From a virus: a stretch of 64,000 nucleotides of DNA. This document shows, one piece after another, positions 29,380-39,411 of this stretch. The number at the start of each line of letters is the position of its first letter. Position 1 is the first letter of the stretch. Location: IMG/VR virus record IMGVR_UViG_3300050159_000048; one strand, given 5' to 3'. A program made the translations under genes and the position numbers. The notes under the pieces were generated by a model. It made no database searches and was not told where the DNA came from. It worked only from the letters and a program-made list of their open reading frames with translations.

Positions 29380-29422
29380 TACCCTCTCATAAATATCCAT
29401 GAACATAGCATATGAGAGGGTA
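29380..29422 (+). promoter_or_regulatory. 12-bp hairpin hiding the RBS of the 3327-aa gene, overlapped by late promoter CATAAATA
   Basis: TACCCTCTCATA (29380-29391) / TATGAGAGGGTA (29411-29422); promoter at 29388-29395; GTG at 29428. Confidence 0.8.
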
Positions 29423-29427
29423 ATCCC

Positions 29428-32400
29428 GTGTCCAATCAGTCTGACCACAAGAAGCCATCGCTTGACATTACTACACTACTGCCTGAAGTATACCAGTCAG
29501 AGGTAGGAGACGGCGTATTCAAGAACGCCTTCAATCGTCACCTAACAAAGGACGACACGTCGCGTGTTGCTGGTTTTGTGGGTACTGCAAACCCGAGCGC
29601 CCTTGTTGATCGTCAGATCAAGGAGGCGGACGCGCACCGTCAAGCATTCCAACTAGCTCCCACTATGATTTCAACGGTGGGAACTCAAACATCCACATTG
29701 TCATTTAAGGCATTCCTCCGTCAACTATCCTTGATGGGTATTGATATTGACCGCATGGATGATTGGGCTGCAACAGAACAGTTCAACTGGGTACCTCCCG
29801 TCAACGTTGACATGTTGGTCAACTATCAAGACTACTTCTGGAAACCTGCTAGCGCTAACGATGCCCCACAATACTTCACGGTAGAAAACCGGTGTAACAA
29901 GGCACAAAGCCGCGTCCAATCATATCAACAAGTTCTGAACATCCGTGGAGATGCCTTCGTTGTTACCAGCATGAGCTTCGCCACTAACACCCTGAACATT
30001 GCGGGTCGTTACGATGACGTGTTCAGCACAGGTTTTGATTTCTACACCAAGGATTCCAACAACGTCAATTTCCGCAACAAGTTCTGGACGGTTGAATCAT
30101 CGTCGTATGATATCAGCACTAACACAACAGCGATTGTTGTACTGGAGCCAATGGCAACAAGCAGTGAAACTGCTCCTCTACAGCCTCGGGTTGACCAGCT
30201 GTGGTACGTGCCGTCGACAGCACAAATGTTCACGTGGACAGGATCTGCGTGGGTTGCCGCTGCTCAATCATACACTATCTCAATCTCACTTGAAGAGCAG
30301 CTCACTGTATACCAAGCCGAAGCTAATTGCATTTGTAACCAGACTTCTGGTTGGGACACAGCAGCATGGGATGACAATAGTTCCACCGGTACCTCATGGA
30401 CTGTTGCTTGGCTGCAAGGTATCTCGTTCAACACCGCTTTACAGTGGGTCGCTACCAACGGTCAACCGGTAAACGGATCACAGTGGTATAACACAACAAC
30501 CGATGAGTTGTTGACATACAGCACTGCATCCAATGGTTGGGAACCTGCGCAGCTTGGTCTGTCGCAATTGATCGACCGCCTTAACGGTAAAGCTCTGTGG
30601 GACATGACTCAGGGATGTGAGAGTCAACGCCATACTCAATGGTCTGACAACAATCGCTGGATTCACAAATCTCAAGTGCAGTCATATGCGGACGTGCGCC
30701 GAGCTCAGCTACCAATCTTGGAATACTCTAGCCGCATTGAGTTGAATCAATGGTCACATTTCAACTACGTGTGGAAATACCGCAGCTCGACGGACGATGC
30801 ATTCGCAACATCCGACTACCGTCCAAGCCGACTGGAGCTGGAACCTATCAAGGGATATTTTGCCGTTAGTATTGGTGGAGCTTGGTACATCTACCTAAGC
30901 AACAACGTCAGCCAGATGGACGTGGACATTGACTACACCAGCACCTTTACTTCGGGGTATCGCTTCCGTGTAACCGACGACTCGCTTGTGTCGCAGGTAT
31001 ACACCGTCGAATCTAGCGAGTACCGTCAAGTATCACCATCCGAAGCAGCACACGCAGTGATCCAAGACACGTTTGCCACAGTGATTAAGCTGGTTGAAAC
31101 CACGTTCACCAGCTCCGTAACTGGCGGCGGTTCCGCCCACGCCCGTATCGAACCGATGCGCACATCGCGTGGCGACGGCTGGCGCGGTTATCATGTTCAC
31201 TGGGTGCTAAACGACACAGCTACAACGACAACAGCTACGAGCAATGCGTCGGTGAATCCTCGGTTGCAAACATCGCTGGATAGTGAAATCACACCGGTGT
31301 CTACATCAACGCTATCAGCTCACTTTGATACAGGTCAAGCATTTCAACCAGCCAACTTGCCTATTGAAATTGGTTCACTGCATCAAACTGTGTTCGTCGG
31401 CACCTCCCCAATTTCACGCATCGACTTGCTGGATAAGTTCCGTTACCAACCCTCTCTAGCTGCCGTATACGCTGCTCCCAACACAAACAACCTGCGAGTC
31501 TACGTCAATGACGTACGTCAGTTCAACACTTACACGGAAGTTGTGGGCGTTAGCACTCGTGACGTAACGGTCATTGGTAACGTTGCAAACACCACAGGCA
31601 CCGTTGTTGAATATGTGCAAGCTGTTGAGTTCACTCACCCGCTACAACCTTTGGATCAAGTTCGTATTGAAGTTGGCCCTGCTGCTTTGTCGGAGATGGG
31701 TTGGTCGCACGTCCCTGTTCGCACAATTGAGGATGAAACTCAGTTTGCTGTTGCCGTTAACAATGGCACTCAACCAGAATATCGTTCAATGGTCTCGATC
31801 CGTAAGATCGAACAGGTGAAGAGCATCACCAACCAATACCCACTGTTCAACGCATATGATGTTGTGACGGGTGAAGTTGTTGACGCAAACCCCCTGTTTG
31901 CTTTCCACGAGGATGCATCCTTCTACGTCAACACGTCAGTTGACCGCCGCATTTCTGTATCTACAGACGGGAAGGAGTTTGAATTTGAACAGTACTTGGT
32001 TGAGGATGATGACGGCCAAATCTACGGATACCGCCAAGGCCCGGTTACCGTAGAGTACTGGTTCAACCCAACCACCAGTGTGCTGAAGGCTTGGAAAAAT
32101 GGCGGTTGGGTCACTAAGCTACCCGTACCACTGGCGCTGGGCGTTGTGTCGTACGTCACACCCACCATTGCCACCATAGCACCCGCAGCGGTCGACGGTG
32201 CTGTTTGGTACCACCCTACAACAAACGTGTTGCGTGTTCGCTCGAACAACCTGTGGACAGTAATTCCTGGCGTGCTGGCGTCGGAGACAGACCCAACAAT
32301 CACCACAATTTGGCGGAAGGACGATACAGCGATGTACGTCCCGCAGTACCTTGACAAGGATGGTAACGAGGTTACTATTGGATCCGCTGATGGTGATTGG

Positions 32401-35400
32401 GGCATTGTTGATCAATGGCGTTACAACCCACAGCATGAGAACAAACGTACGGTTAAGTATTCGGAAGTTGTGACACACTTCAACACATTCCTCAATAGCC
32501 AAGATAAGATCCCTGGTCTGTTGAATGGTGGCGTGTACACAATGACTCAGGAAGACTACAACTTCAGTCGCGGTGGTACAATCAAGGAACACAACAACAG
32601 CTTCGACACGCTGGTGTCAGCTGTTAACGTAACCAATATTACGCCTGTTGGCGTAATTGACTTCGCTAGTGACGAATACGCAACAAACCTGCTAATGATG
32701 CGTGAGGCGTTCACTAAGCAAGTGGTTTCGCTACTGACTGCACACACCCCCGACTCGTTGGTCGGGCTGTCTGACTACGTCGCTAAGCAAATCATCGCCA
32801 GCCACGAATCGAACGACTTCATCGCTCAAATCTACGGCGATTCGCACGCATATGACGAAAGCACAGGCGCTGGCGTTCGCAACTGGGTTGCCACAGCTCC
32901 CATGTTTGGACTAGCTCCCAAGTATCGCCCTCACCTGAACGTGTTTGACAACCAAGTTCAGCTGTTCCACCACGACGGTCACCGCTCCGCCATCACATAT
33001 CCTGTAGCTGAACAAGACCGTTACTCACGCTTGGTGTGCGCTGCAACAGATACTCGCGGAGGTACCGTCGGTCTCGTGAAGACAACTACACCACCGTCAA
33101 CATTCTCGGCATTTGTATCAGAATATGGCTTCGACGTGCGTCCAGGAGCATACTGGTATCGTGTTGGTGGTGGCGTACGTCAACTGTACCGTCTGTCAGC
33201 CTTGACCGTATCCGCAACTGCTCCGTCATTGTATGACTCAAGTGGTGTAGAAATCCCTGACGGAACTCTGTACTACAACTTCGGATCTGGCTACGTGTTC
33301 CGCAAGGCTGGGCTAGCTTGGGTGCAAGCATCAACAACCCCGAATGATATTTCAATGCTGTGGGAGTTGGTGAACTTCGTTGAAATCATTGGTAACCTGT
33401 TCCTCACACTGGAGCAGCGTCTGTACGACGTTACCCCTGACGCGGGCATGGTGTATGATTTTAGTCAGTTGTACTCGACAGCTCCCAAGGCTGCTCTATA
33501 CCAAGCTGCAATGCGCAAACGGTTCGACGCATACATTGCTAAAACTAACACACAAACTCCGTTCATTAACACAACCTACGTGGCCGCAAATGCGTTTACG
33601 TGGAACTACACATCGTCCTCTATCACAACTCCGCCAACCAACAAGACACCGAAGCAGGTTGCGTGTTGGCAAGCTCTGTACAACCACTGGTACGGCACTC
33701 CGTATCCCCACGTTGAGCCTTGGAAGTTGCAAGGATTTGGTGATAAACCAACGTGGTGGGATAGTGAGTATGCTGATGTTACAGGCGCTCGCCGTTGGGT
33801 GTATGATCACACAACCACCACTGGTATGTGGGAGAATATTCGTATTGGTCGTGTTCCTGCTGGCCGTACATATCCGTCTGGTGTTGTAAGCACGGGCAAT
33901 GCAGCTACGGACGGAGTAACACTACCAACGTATGCATACTTCTCCGTAAACATTTCTAACACCACACTGGCTGGTGGATACGGCCCTGACTCTCTCCTGC
34001 CTCCGTATTACGACACGTCCGCTATTGCTGCGACCATGCCGACTGTACGCTCACTGTACAATCTGTTTGTGACAGAAATTGGCGTAACTGACGCTGACTA
34101 TGCATACGGTGACGTTGGGCCAGCTGAGTGGGCTTGGATGACTTCCAGCCAATATCCATACAACAACGCCGCTGTAGCATTTGTGCTACAGCCAGTCAAG
34201 TTCTTGCATGCAGCATTTGGTCCGCAGTTTGTCAATGTGAATGGCCTGCAAGTAGAAACCACACTGAACCAAGTATACAGCCACCAAGACGCTCTGTTCC
34301 ACGGCGATGTGTATAACACGGATCAGGCATACAAGGTCCGTGGTATCAATCAATGGTATGTCAACTACAACCGCTATTCCGGCTTCGACACAAACGGCGA
34401 ATTCCGTGCGTTGTGGGCTGGATGGGTGCCTCAACTAACTTACCAGTTTGGTGGTATTGTTGACACCAGCACTGTTGAACTCAGCAGCAAGTACTACGAC
34501 GTTATCCCACAAGACTACTCGATCGTTCTTGCCAACAACGGCGTGATTCGTGATTTGTGGATTGACGCATTTGAAGCTACCCTGCTGACAATCCCGTCCG
34601 CTGTTGTTCAGTACAACAACCAGTCTCAGTGGAAGATTGAGTTGGATAGTCTGGCTACTAACGACCGCACCATTGAGTATTACGGCGTTAAGCAATACGC
34701 ATTTGATGTCAACACAACTACAGGTGTGTGCACAGCATTCCAATACGGCGTTGTTGGCGCATCGTCTGCAGCCCACCGCTTTAGCGTGATGGGTGATGAA
34801 ACGGCTGTGTTTACCAAGGATCTGCAGTTCACCATCTCAGGATCGCCTGTGAACGACGGCGTATACACGGTAAGTTCATCGGTGTTTGAACCATCATCTG
34901 GCACAACCCGAATCAACGTTGTTGAAACCATCGCTGGCTCGATCGCTGGCGGCAGCGCTCGTATCACCACGAAGGCCCTGCCGTGGCAAACGGGTGATGA
35001 GATTGTTATCACGTCGTCGAAAATTGCTCCTGCGCCTTTGTACTCTGACACTTCGTACTTCTTCATCCGTCTATCGGATAACACATTTAAGTTGGCTGAT
35101 ACTCAGTCGGAAGCATATGCCGGCACGGCAATCGACCTAACGTCCCGCGGCGACGGTATCCAATATGTTGCGCAAGTTGACTCTGCGTTTAATGTGTTCG
35201 GTGGCGCTAGCAACTCCGGAGAATTGTGGTACCACTTCGCGGTGGATACATCTGACGTCCGCACGTTTACTCCGCCGTATGTTGTCGCAGGCATGCAAAA
35301 CTTCATCAACATCATTGACGGATATGCAGCTCGTCAAAAGGATTTGGGCGTACTACCGAACGTGATTGACGCACAGGACTTCGATCCAAACACTGGTCGT

Positions 35401-38400
35401 GCAATCAACTGGTCCTTGGAAACTGAGCGTTTCATTGATTGGGCGTATGGTCTGCGTCAGTCTCGCATCAGCTTGGCTAACTCACACCCCGTATCAATCA
35501 ACACCACGGATAACACCATGGCGTTCACCACATCCTTCCCTGCGTGGACGACGGGTACCATGGTGGCTGTGACGTCAACGGGTTCGCTTCCAACACCACT
35601 ACAGGCCAACGTTCCGTACTTTGCAATCATGACTTCTGACGCTTCTGCGTTCAAGTTGTCAATGTCCAATGACGTAACAGACACAAGTTCATACATCGAT
35701 CTCACGTCTGCTGGTAGCGGTACTGTTTCTGTGAGCGTGTATGAGCGTCGTAGCACGTATCCGAAATTTGAACTGAACCCAACTCGTTACAATGCCTGGA
35801 TTGACACACCGCTTGGTGTGCTGTCAGACGTGGTAGTAGGCCCGTATACGGACATCCGCGTTCAGCAGACGGTGTTCGATCAGTACAGCCGTCCGATGAG
35901 CCCGAGCCAGCTCGTCGTCTACCGTGATGACAAGCGTAGTCACATTGCCATTAGGCGTGATATGGCTAATGACGTAGATCCGACGTATGGCAACGATGAT
36001 TACAACAACCTACACTTGGGCGGCGGTCACTTCTTCATTGAGAGTTACGAACACTTCCTCGTGTTCAATAACTACACAGTTGGTGGTGCTCTGGTATACG
36101 ACCCGTTCTTGGGCATTCAAGCACGTAAGTTCAATCTGGACTACTTCGAGAAACAGGATTACACGCTGCGTCCAACGCTGGGTGGGTACTATCTGTTGAA
36201 TGGAAAGTTCTACCGCAACTTGGAAGGTTCGGCTACGGATACGCAGAACTACTACGACACTCTGGCTCTGTCAGAAGCAACCGATGTTGCTCGCCGCGCG
36301 CGCTCCATCTTGGGGTATCGTGGCCGTCAGAACTTCTTGGATCTGCTGAACATCAACAGCAAGTCCCAATTCCTGTTCTACAAAGGCATGATTCAAACGA
36401 AGGGCTCTGTCAACTCCGTGAACGCCTTCATCAACTCTCGCCGATTTGTCGACGCGCGCGTGGATGAATTCTGGGCTTGGAAGGTCGCAACGTACGGCGA
36501 TGCTCGTACAAAAATCTATCCCGAGATCAAACTGTTCGCAACTGATGGACTGCTCGATGACGTCCGCCTGAACTTCTTGGGTGATGGTGAGCTGGTTACA
36601 GATGATACAGCAGTGGAAGCCGCAAAGAACGGCTTTGAGTTGGTATCCTTCAATGACAGCTCGCGTTGGAATCTGTCACCAGAGCAACAGACTGCAATCA
36701 AGTCCCCGTTGTTCCTTGACGCAACGGTAGCTACTACTCAGGTGATGTTCAGTGGACCTACGCGTCCTCACCCAGGGATGGAGCAGACCGTTAACGTTTG
36801 GTTTGACACGGTCAGCAAACAAGCATACACGTATAACGTTGTGCAGCGCCTGTGGAATACCCCAGTAACTGACGGTCGTGTGCAGCAAAGCGTCCTGGAC
36901 AGCGGTGGTAGCAATACCAACGTAGTGTATGTGCAGCTGGACCAACCATGCGACACCGTTCGAGTCATCCGTCAAACTGCAACAATACAACAGTTTGACA
37001 TTCTGACTTGTGCTAACAATACCATTACTGTGGCTGGCAACATCACAGATACAATTACTGTTGGTATCCCGGTCATCGTTCGTAACACTATCACTAACGA
37101 CAACACGTACGAACCTAGCAGCTCGTACTTTGACGGAACCAACACTGTTATTACTGTGCTATTGTCCACCCCGAACGGAACGTCGCCTGTAACGCTGACC
37201 AATAGTGTTGGCGGTGAAATCTTGGCTCAGGACTTCAACAGCTACACCACACAGGTGTTCACTGAGGGTAGCCTGACAAGCGGATATGTTCGAGTGAACT
37301 CCGAAGTGTTGCGATTCCAGCAGACCGGATTTGCTGACATCATTATCGTGTACCTGGTGAACCCAGCAGCATCACAAATCAGTCCAGCAAAACTGATTGA
37401 TGGCAAGTCAAACACAGTAGTGCAGCAACTGCCTTTGTGGGATCCCGCACGCGGCCGCCATTCGGTAATTGCATCGCACAACATCGACCTTTTGTCTGGT
37501 ATTGATCCTGCACGTTACCAGTTTGCACCTAACCCAACCTCGACCACCCAGAACTTCTGGAATACTGCTGAGGTTGGCAAAGTGTGGATGGACACCTCGC
37601 ACTTGGGCTACGTACCGTACTACGACGACATGATCTACCCAACCGTCAATGAGCGGTTGTACTCGTGGGGTAAGTTGGCTCCGTGGAGTTCCGTGCGTGT
37701 GTATGAGTGGGTCAAGTCAACAGTACATCCGTCGGAGTGGGATAATTTGGTGACGAAGCAAGCAGCAAATGCGACAATTCTGCAATCTCAGAAGGTTAGC
37801 GGAACACCACGGTTGTCGGTGTTTAAGCGTGTACGCCAAGCCCATAACGTAACCAGCGTAAGTGTTGCAACCAACACGATTACGGTTGCAGGATACCCAT
37901 TTGTAGACGGTATGCAAGTGTTGTTCGATACCTCAGGAACGATGCCAACGGGCTTGGTCGCAAACACCAAGTACGCTGTTGTTGGTTCCGGCAACACAGT
38001 ATCGCTGATCGACGTTGTTGACGAATCTGAGATCATCATCTCAGATGTTGGCACCGGTCAACTGCGCATGATCCCTGCCTTCCAGTCAACTGACTGGAAC
38101 ACGCAGTACATCCTACGTGAGCGTGTTTGCGCGTATCAGTCAAACCACAGCGTGAACGTGATTAACAACACTCCCACCGCTGTGGTAGCTTGGCCAGCTA
38201 CAACTACCACAATTGCGTGGGTTCCTAACGCTCCGGCGGATTGGGTGGTCGGTCTGACCGCTGAGTCAGACCGTGTGTCTGTGTATGTTAACAGCGTTCT
38301 CGTTGAAGCTGATCTGATCATCACTCCTGACACGGTAGGCGGAACACTGTACTACAGCGTAACCCTGTCGTCCAACTACCAATTGAACGAGCACGATCTG

Positions 38401-39411
38401 ATTGATGTTGTTCGCCCCATCCACACCGTTACGGATGATGAGGCGTCATTCGATCCAGATCTAGAAGACGACGGTACTGTAATGATCCAGTGGAAGACAG
38501 ATTACCAGTATAGCACCACTGTGTATTCTGGCACCACAGATGTCACATACTACCACTTTTGGGTTGAAAACTCAACGATGAAGAGCAGCAGCGACAACTC
38601 CAGCCTGTCGGTTTATGAGATCGCCAAACAAATTGAAACAATCCCAACTTCCTACTTTGTTGTGCAGAGCCCTGCGGACAGCACATCTACGTCGCAAATT
38701 TACGGATACGGTTCGTCAAACTACGGTGAGACGTTTGGACCTACATCTGACACGCAGCTAATGAAGATTTCTGTGATGTATCGTCAAGCAATCATTCGAA
38801 AGGTTTCAAGCTACCTAACTGATGACGATCGCTACTTTGTCCGCTTTACGCGCGACTTGACCCTGCGCAATGATCTTCGTGATAACGGCCGCAATATGAA
38901 CCTCAAGAATGTTCACCACGAGTGGGTAATGTTCCGCCGCAACCAAATTGACACCATCCCGCGCAAGCTGTGGGATCGTCTAACCGAATCGTTGATGGGC
39001 TACACTCTTGCGGACAGCACCGTTCGTGTTCCATCATTGGAGTATGAGCTGTACGACGCATTATCTGGTACTGACACACGGTACGGTTTGGGCGAAAACC
39101 AAACGTTTGTTAACAGGGCTACGGGGTTGGCTACGGTTCTCGCGTATCTGCGTGATCCAACAAACGACTTTGCACCGATGGATATCAATGCGTTCTTTGC
39201 TCAGTACTCGTTCGATACGCCTGAGAACATTCGTATCGCTATGAATGCCATTTACCTGCATTTTAACGCAAAGCATGTCAATGCTATTTGGTTTGAAACG
39301 TTGATGGACGCACTAGCTGCAAAGAGTAAATATCATGAACTTATGAAGACTTCCTGGATCGCGCTGCACGGTATTCGTGTGCTCGAAGTTGGCGGTCTAT
39401 TTGACGATTGA
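29428..39411 (+). CDS. Very large virion/baseplate protein (3327 aa; gp7-like position)
   Basis: Uninterrupted 10-kb ORF after gp6; LLPEVYQ and FNWVPPVNVDMLVNYQDYFW; beta-rich repeated modules. Confidence 0.75.
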   Translation: MSNQSDHKKPSLDITTLLPEVYQSEVGDGVFKNAFNRHLTKDDTSRVAGFVGTANPSALVDRQIKEADAHRQAFQLAPTMISTVGTQTSTLSFKAFLRQLSLMGIDIDRMDDWAATEQFNWVPPVNVDMLVNYQDYFWKPASANDAPQYFTVENRCNKAQSRVQSYQQVLNIRGDAFVVTSMSFATNTLNIAGRYDDVFSTGFDFYTKDSNNVNFRNKFWTVESSSYDISTNTTAIVVLEPMATSSETAPLQPRVDQLWYVPSTAQMFTWTGSAWVAAAQSYTISISLEEQLTVYQAEANCICNQTSGWDTAAWDDNSSTGTSWTVAWLQGISFNTALQWVATNGQPVNGSQWYNTTTDELLTYSTASNGWEPAQLGLSQLIDRLNGKALWDMTQGCESQRHTQWSDNNRWIHKSQVQSYADVRRAQLPILEYSSRIELNQWSHFNYVWKYRSSTDDAFATSDYRPSRLELEPIKGYFAVSIGGAWYIYLSNNVSQMDVDIDYTSTFTSGYRFRVTDDSLVSQVYTVESSEYRQVSPSEAAHAVIQDTFATVIKLVETTFTSSVTGGGSAHARIEPMRTSRGDGWRGYHVHWVLNDTATTTTATSNASVNPRLQTSLDSEITPVSTSTLSAHFDTGQAFQPANLPIEIGSLHQTVFVGTSPISRIDLLDKFRYQPSLAAVYAAPNTNNLRVYVNDVRQFNTYTEVVGVSTRDVTVIGNVANTTGTVVEYVQAVEFTHPLQPLDQVRIEVGPAALSEMGWSHVPVRTIEDETQFAVAVNNGTQPEYRSMVSIRKIEQVKSITNQYPLFNAYDVVTGEVVDANPLFAFHEDASFYVNTSVDRRISVSTDGKEFEFEQYLVEDDDGQIYGYRQGPVTVEYWFNPTTSVLKAWKNGGWVTKLPVPLALGVVSYVTPTIATIAPAAVDGAVWYHPTTNVLRVRSNNLWTVIPGVLASETDPTITTIWRKDDTAMYVPQYLDKDGNEVTIGSADGDWGIVDQWRYNPQHENKRTVKYSEVVTHFNTFLNSQDKIPGLLNGGVYTMTQEDYNFSRGGTIKEHNNSFDTLVSAVNVTNITPVGVIDFASDEYATNLLMMREAFTKQVVSLLTAHTPDSLVGLSDYVAKQIIASHESNDFIAQIYGDSHAYDESTGAGVRNWVATAPMFGLAPKYRPHLNVFDNQVQLFHHDGHRSAITYPVAEQDRYSRLVCAATDTRGGTVGLVKTTTPPSTFSAFVSEYGFDVRPGAYWYRVGGGVRQLYRLSALTVSATAPSLYDSSGVEIPDGTLYYNFGSGYVFRKAGLAWVQASTTPNDISMLWELVNFVEIIGNLFLTLEQRLYDVTPDAGMVYDFSQLYSTAPKAALYQAAMRKRFDAYIAKTNTQTPFINTTYVAANAFTWNYTSSSITTPPTNKTPKQVACWQALYNHWYGTPYPHVEPWKLQGFGDKPTWWDSEYADVTGARRWVYDHTTTTGMWENIRIGRVPAGRTYPSGVVSTGNAATDGVTLPTYAYFSVNISNTTLAGGYGPDSLLPPYYDTSAIAATMPTVRSLYNLFVTEIGVTDADYAYGDVGPAEWAWMTSSQYPYNNAAVAFVLQPVKFLHAAFGPQFVNVNGLQVETTLNQVYSHQDALFHGDVYNTDQAYKVRGINQWYVNYNRYSGFDTNGEFRALWAGWVPQLTYQFGGIVDTSTVELSSKYYDVIPQDYSIVLANNGVIRDLWIDAFEATLLTIPSAVVQYNNQSQWKIELDSLATNDRTIEYYGVKQYAFDVNTTTGVCTAFQYGVVGASSAAHRFSVMGDETAVFTKDLQFTISGSPVNDGVYTVSSSVFEPSSGTTRINVVETIAGSIAGGSARITTKALPWQTGDEIVITSSKIAPAPLYSDTSYFFIRLSDNTFKLADTQSEAYAGTAIDLTSRGDGIQYVAQVDSAFNVFGGASNSGELWYHFAVDTSDVRTFTPPYVVAGMQNFINIIDGYAARQKDLGVLPNVIDAQDFDPNTGRAINWSLETERFIDWAYGLRQSRISLANSHPVSINTTDNTMAFTTSFPAWTTGTMVAVTSTGSLPTPLQANVPYFAIMTSDASAFKLSMSNDVTDTSSYIDLTSAGSGTVSVSVYERRSTYPKFELNPTRYNAWIDTPLGVLSDVVVGPYTDIRVQQTVFDQYSRPMSPSQLVVYRDDKRSHIAIRRDMANDVDPTYGNDDYNNLHLGGGHFFIESYEHFLVFNNYTVGGALVYDPFLGIQARKFNLDYFEKQDYTLRPTLGGYYLLNGKFYRNLEGSATDTQNYYDTLALSEATDVARRARSILGYRGRQNFLDLLNINSKSQFLFYKGMIQTKGSVNSVNAFINSRRFVDARVDEFWAWKVATYGDARTKIYPEIKLFATDGLLDDVRLNFLGDGELVTDDTAVEAAKNGFELVSFNDSSRWNLSPEQQTAIKSPLFLDATVATTQVMFSGPTRPHPGMEQTVNVWFDTVSKQAYTYNVVQRLWNTPVTDGRVQQSVLDSGGSNTNVVYVQLDQPCDTVRVIRQTATIQQFDILTCANNTITVAGNITDTITVGIPVIVRNTITNDNTYEPSSSYFDGTNTVITVLLSTPNGTSPVTLTNSVGGEILAQDFNSYTTQVFTEGSLTSGYVRVNSEVLRFQQTGFADIIIVYLVNPAASQISPAKLIDGKSNTVVQQLPLWDPARGRHSVIASHNIDLLSGIDPARYQFAPNPTSTTQNFWNTAEVGKVWMDTSHLGYVPYYDDMIYPTVNERLYSWGKLAPWSSVRVYEWVKSTVHPSEWDNLVTKQAANATILQSQKVSGTPRLSVFKRVRQAHNVTSVSVATNTITVAGYPFVDGMQVLFDTSGTMPTGLVANTKYAVVGSGNTVSLIDVVDESEIIISDVGTGQLRMIPAFQSTDWNTQYILRERVCAYQSNHSVNVINNTPTAVVAWPATTTTIAWVPNAPADWVVGLTAESDRVSVYVNSVLVEADLIITPDTVGGTLYYSVTLSSNYQLNEHDLIDVVRPIHTVTDDEASFDPDLEDDGTVMIQWKTDYQYSTTVYSGTTDVTYYHFWVENSTMKSSSDNSSLSVYEIAKQIETIPTSYFVVQSPADSTSTSQIYGYGSSNYGETFGPTSDTQLMKISVMYRQAIIRKVSSYLTDDDRYFVRFTRDLTLRNDLRDNGRNMNLKNVHHEWVMFRRNQIDTIPRKLWDRLTESLMGYTLADSTVRVPSLEYELYDALSGTDTRYGLGENQTFVNRATGLATVLAYLRDPTNDFAPMDINAFFAQYSFDTPENIRIAMNAIYLHFNAKHVNAIWFETLMDALAAKSKYHELMKTSWIALHGIRVLEVGGLFDD

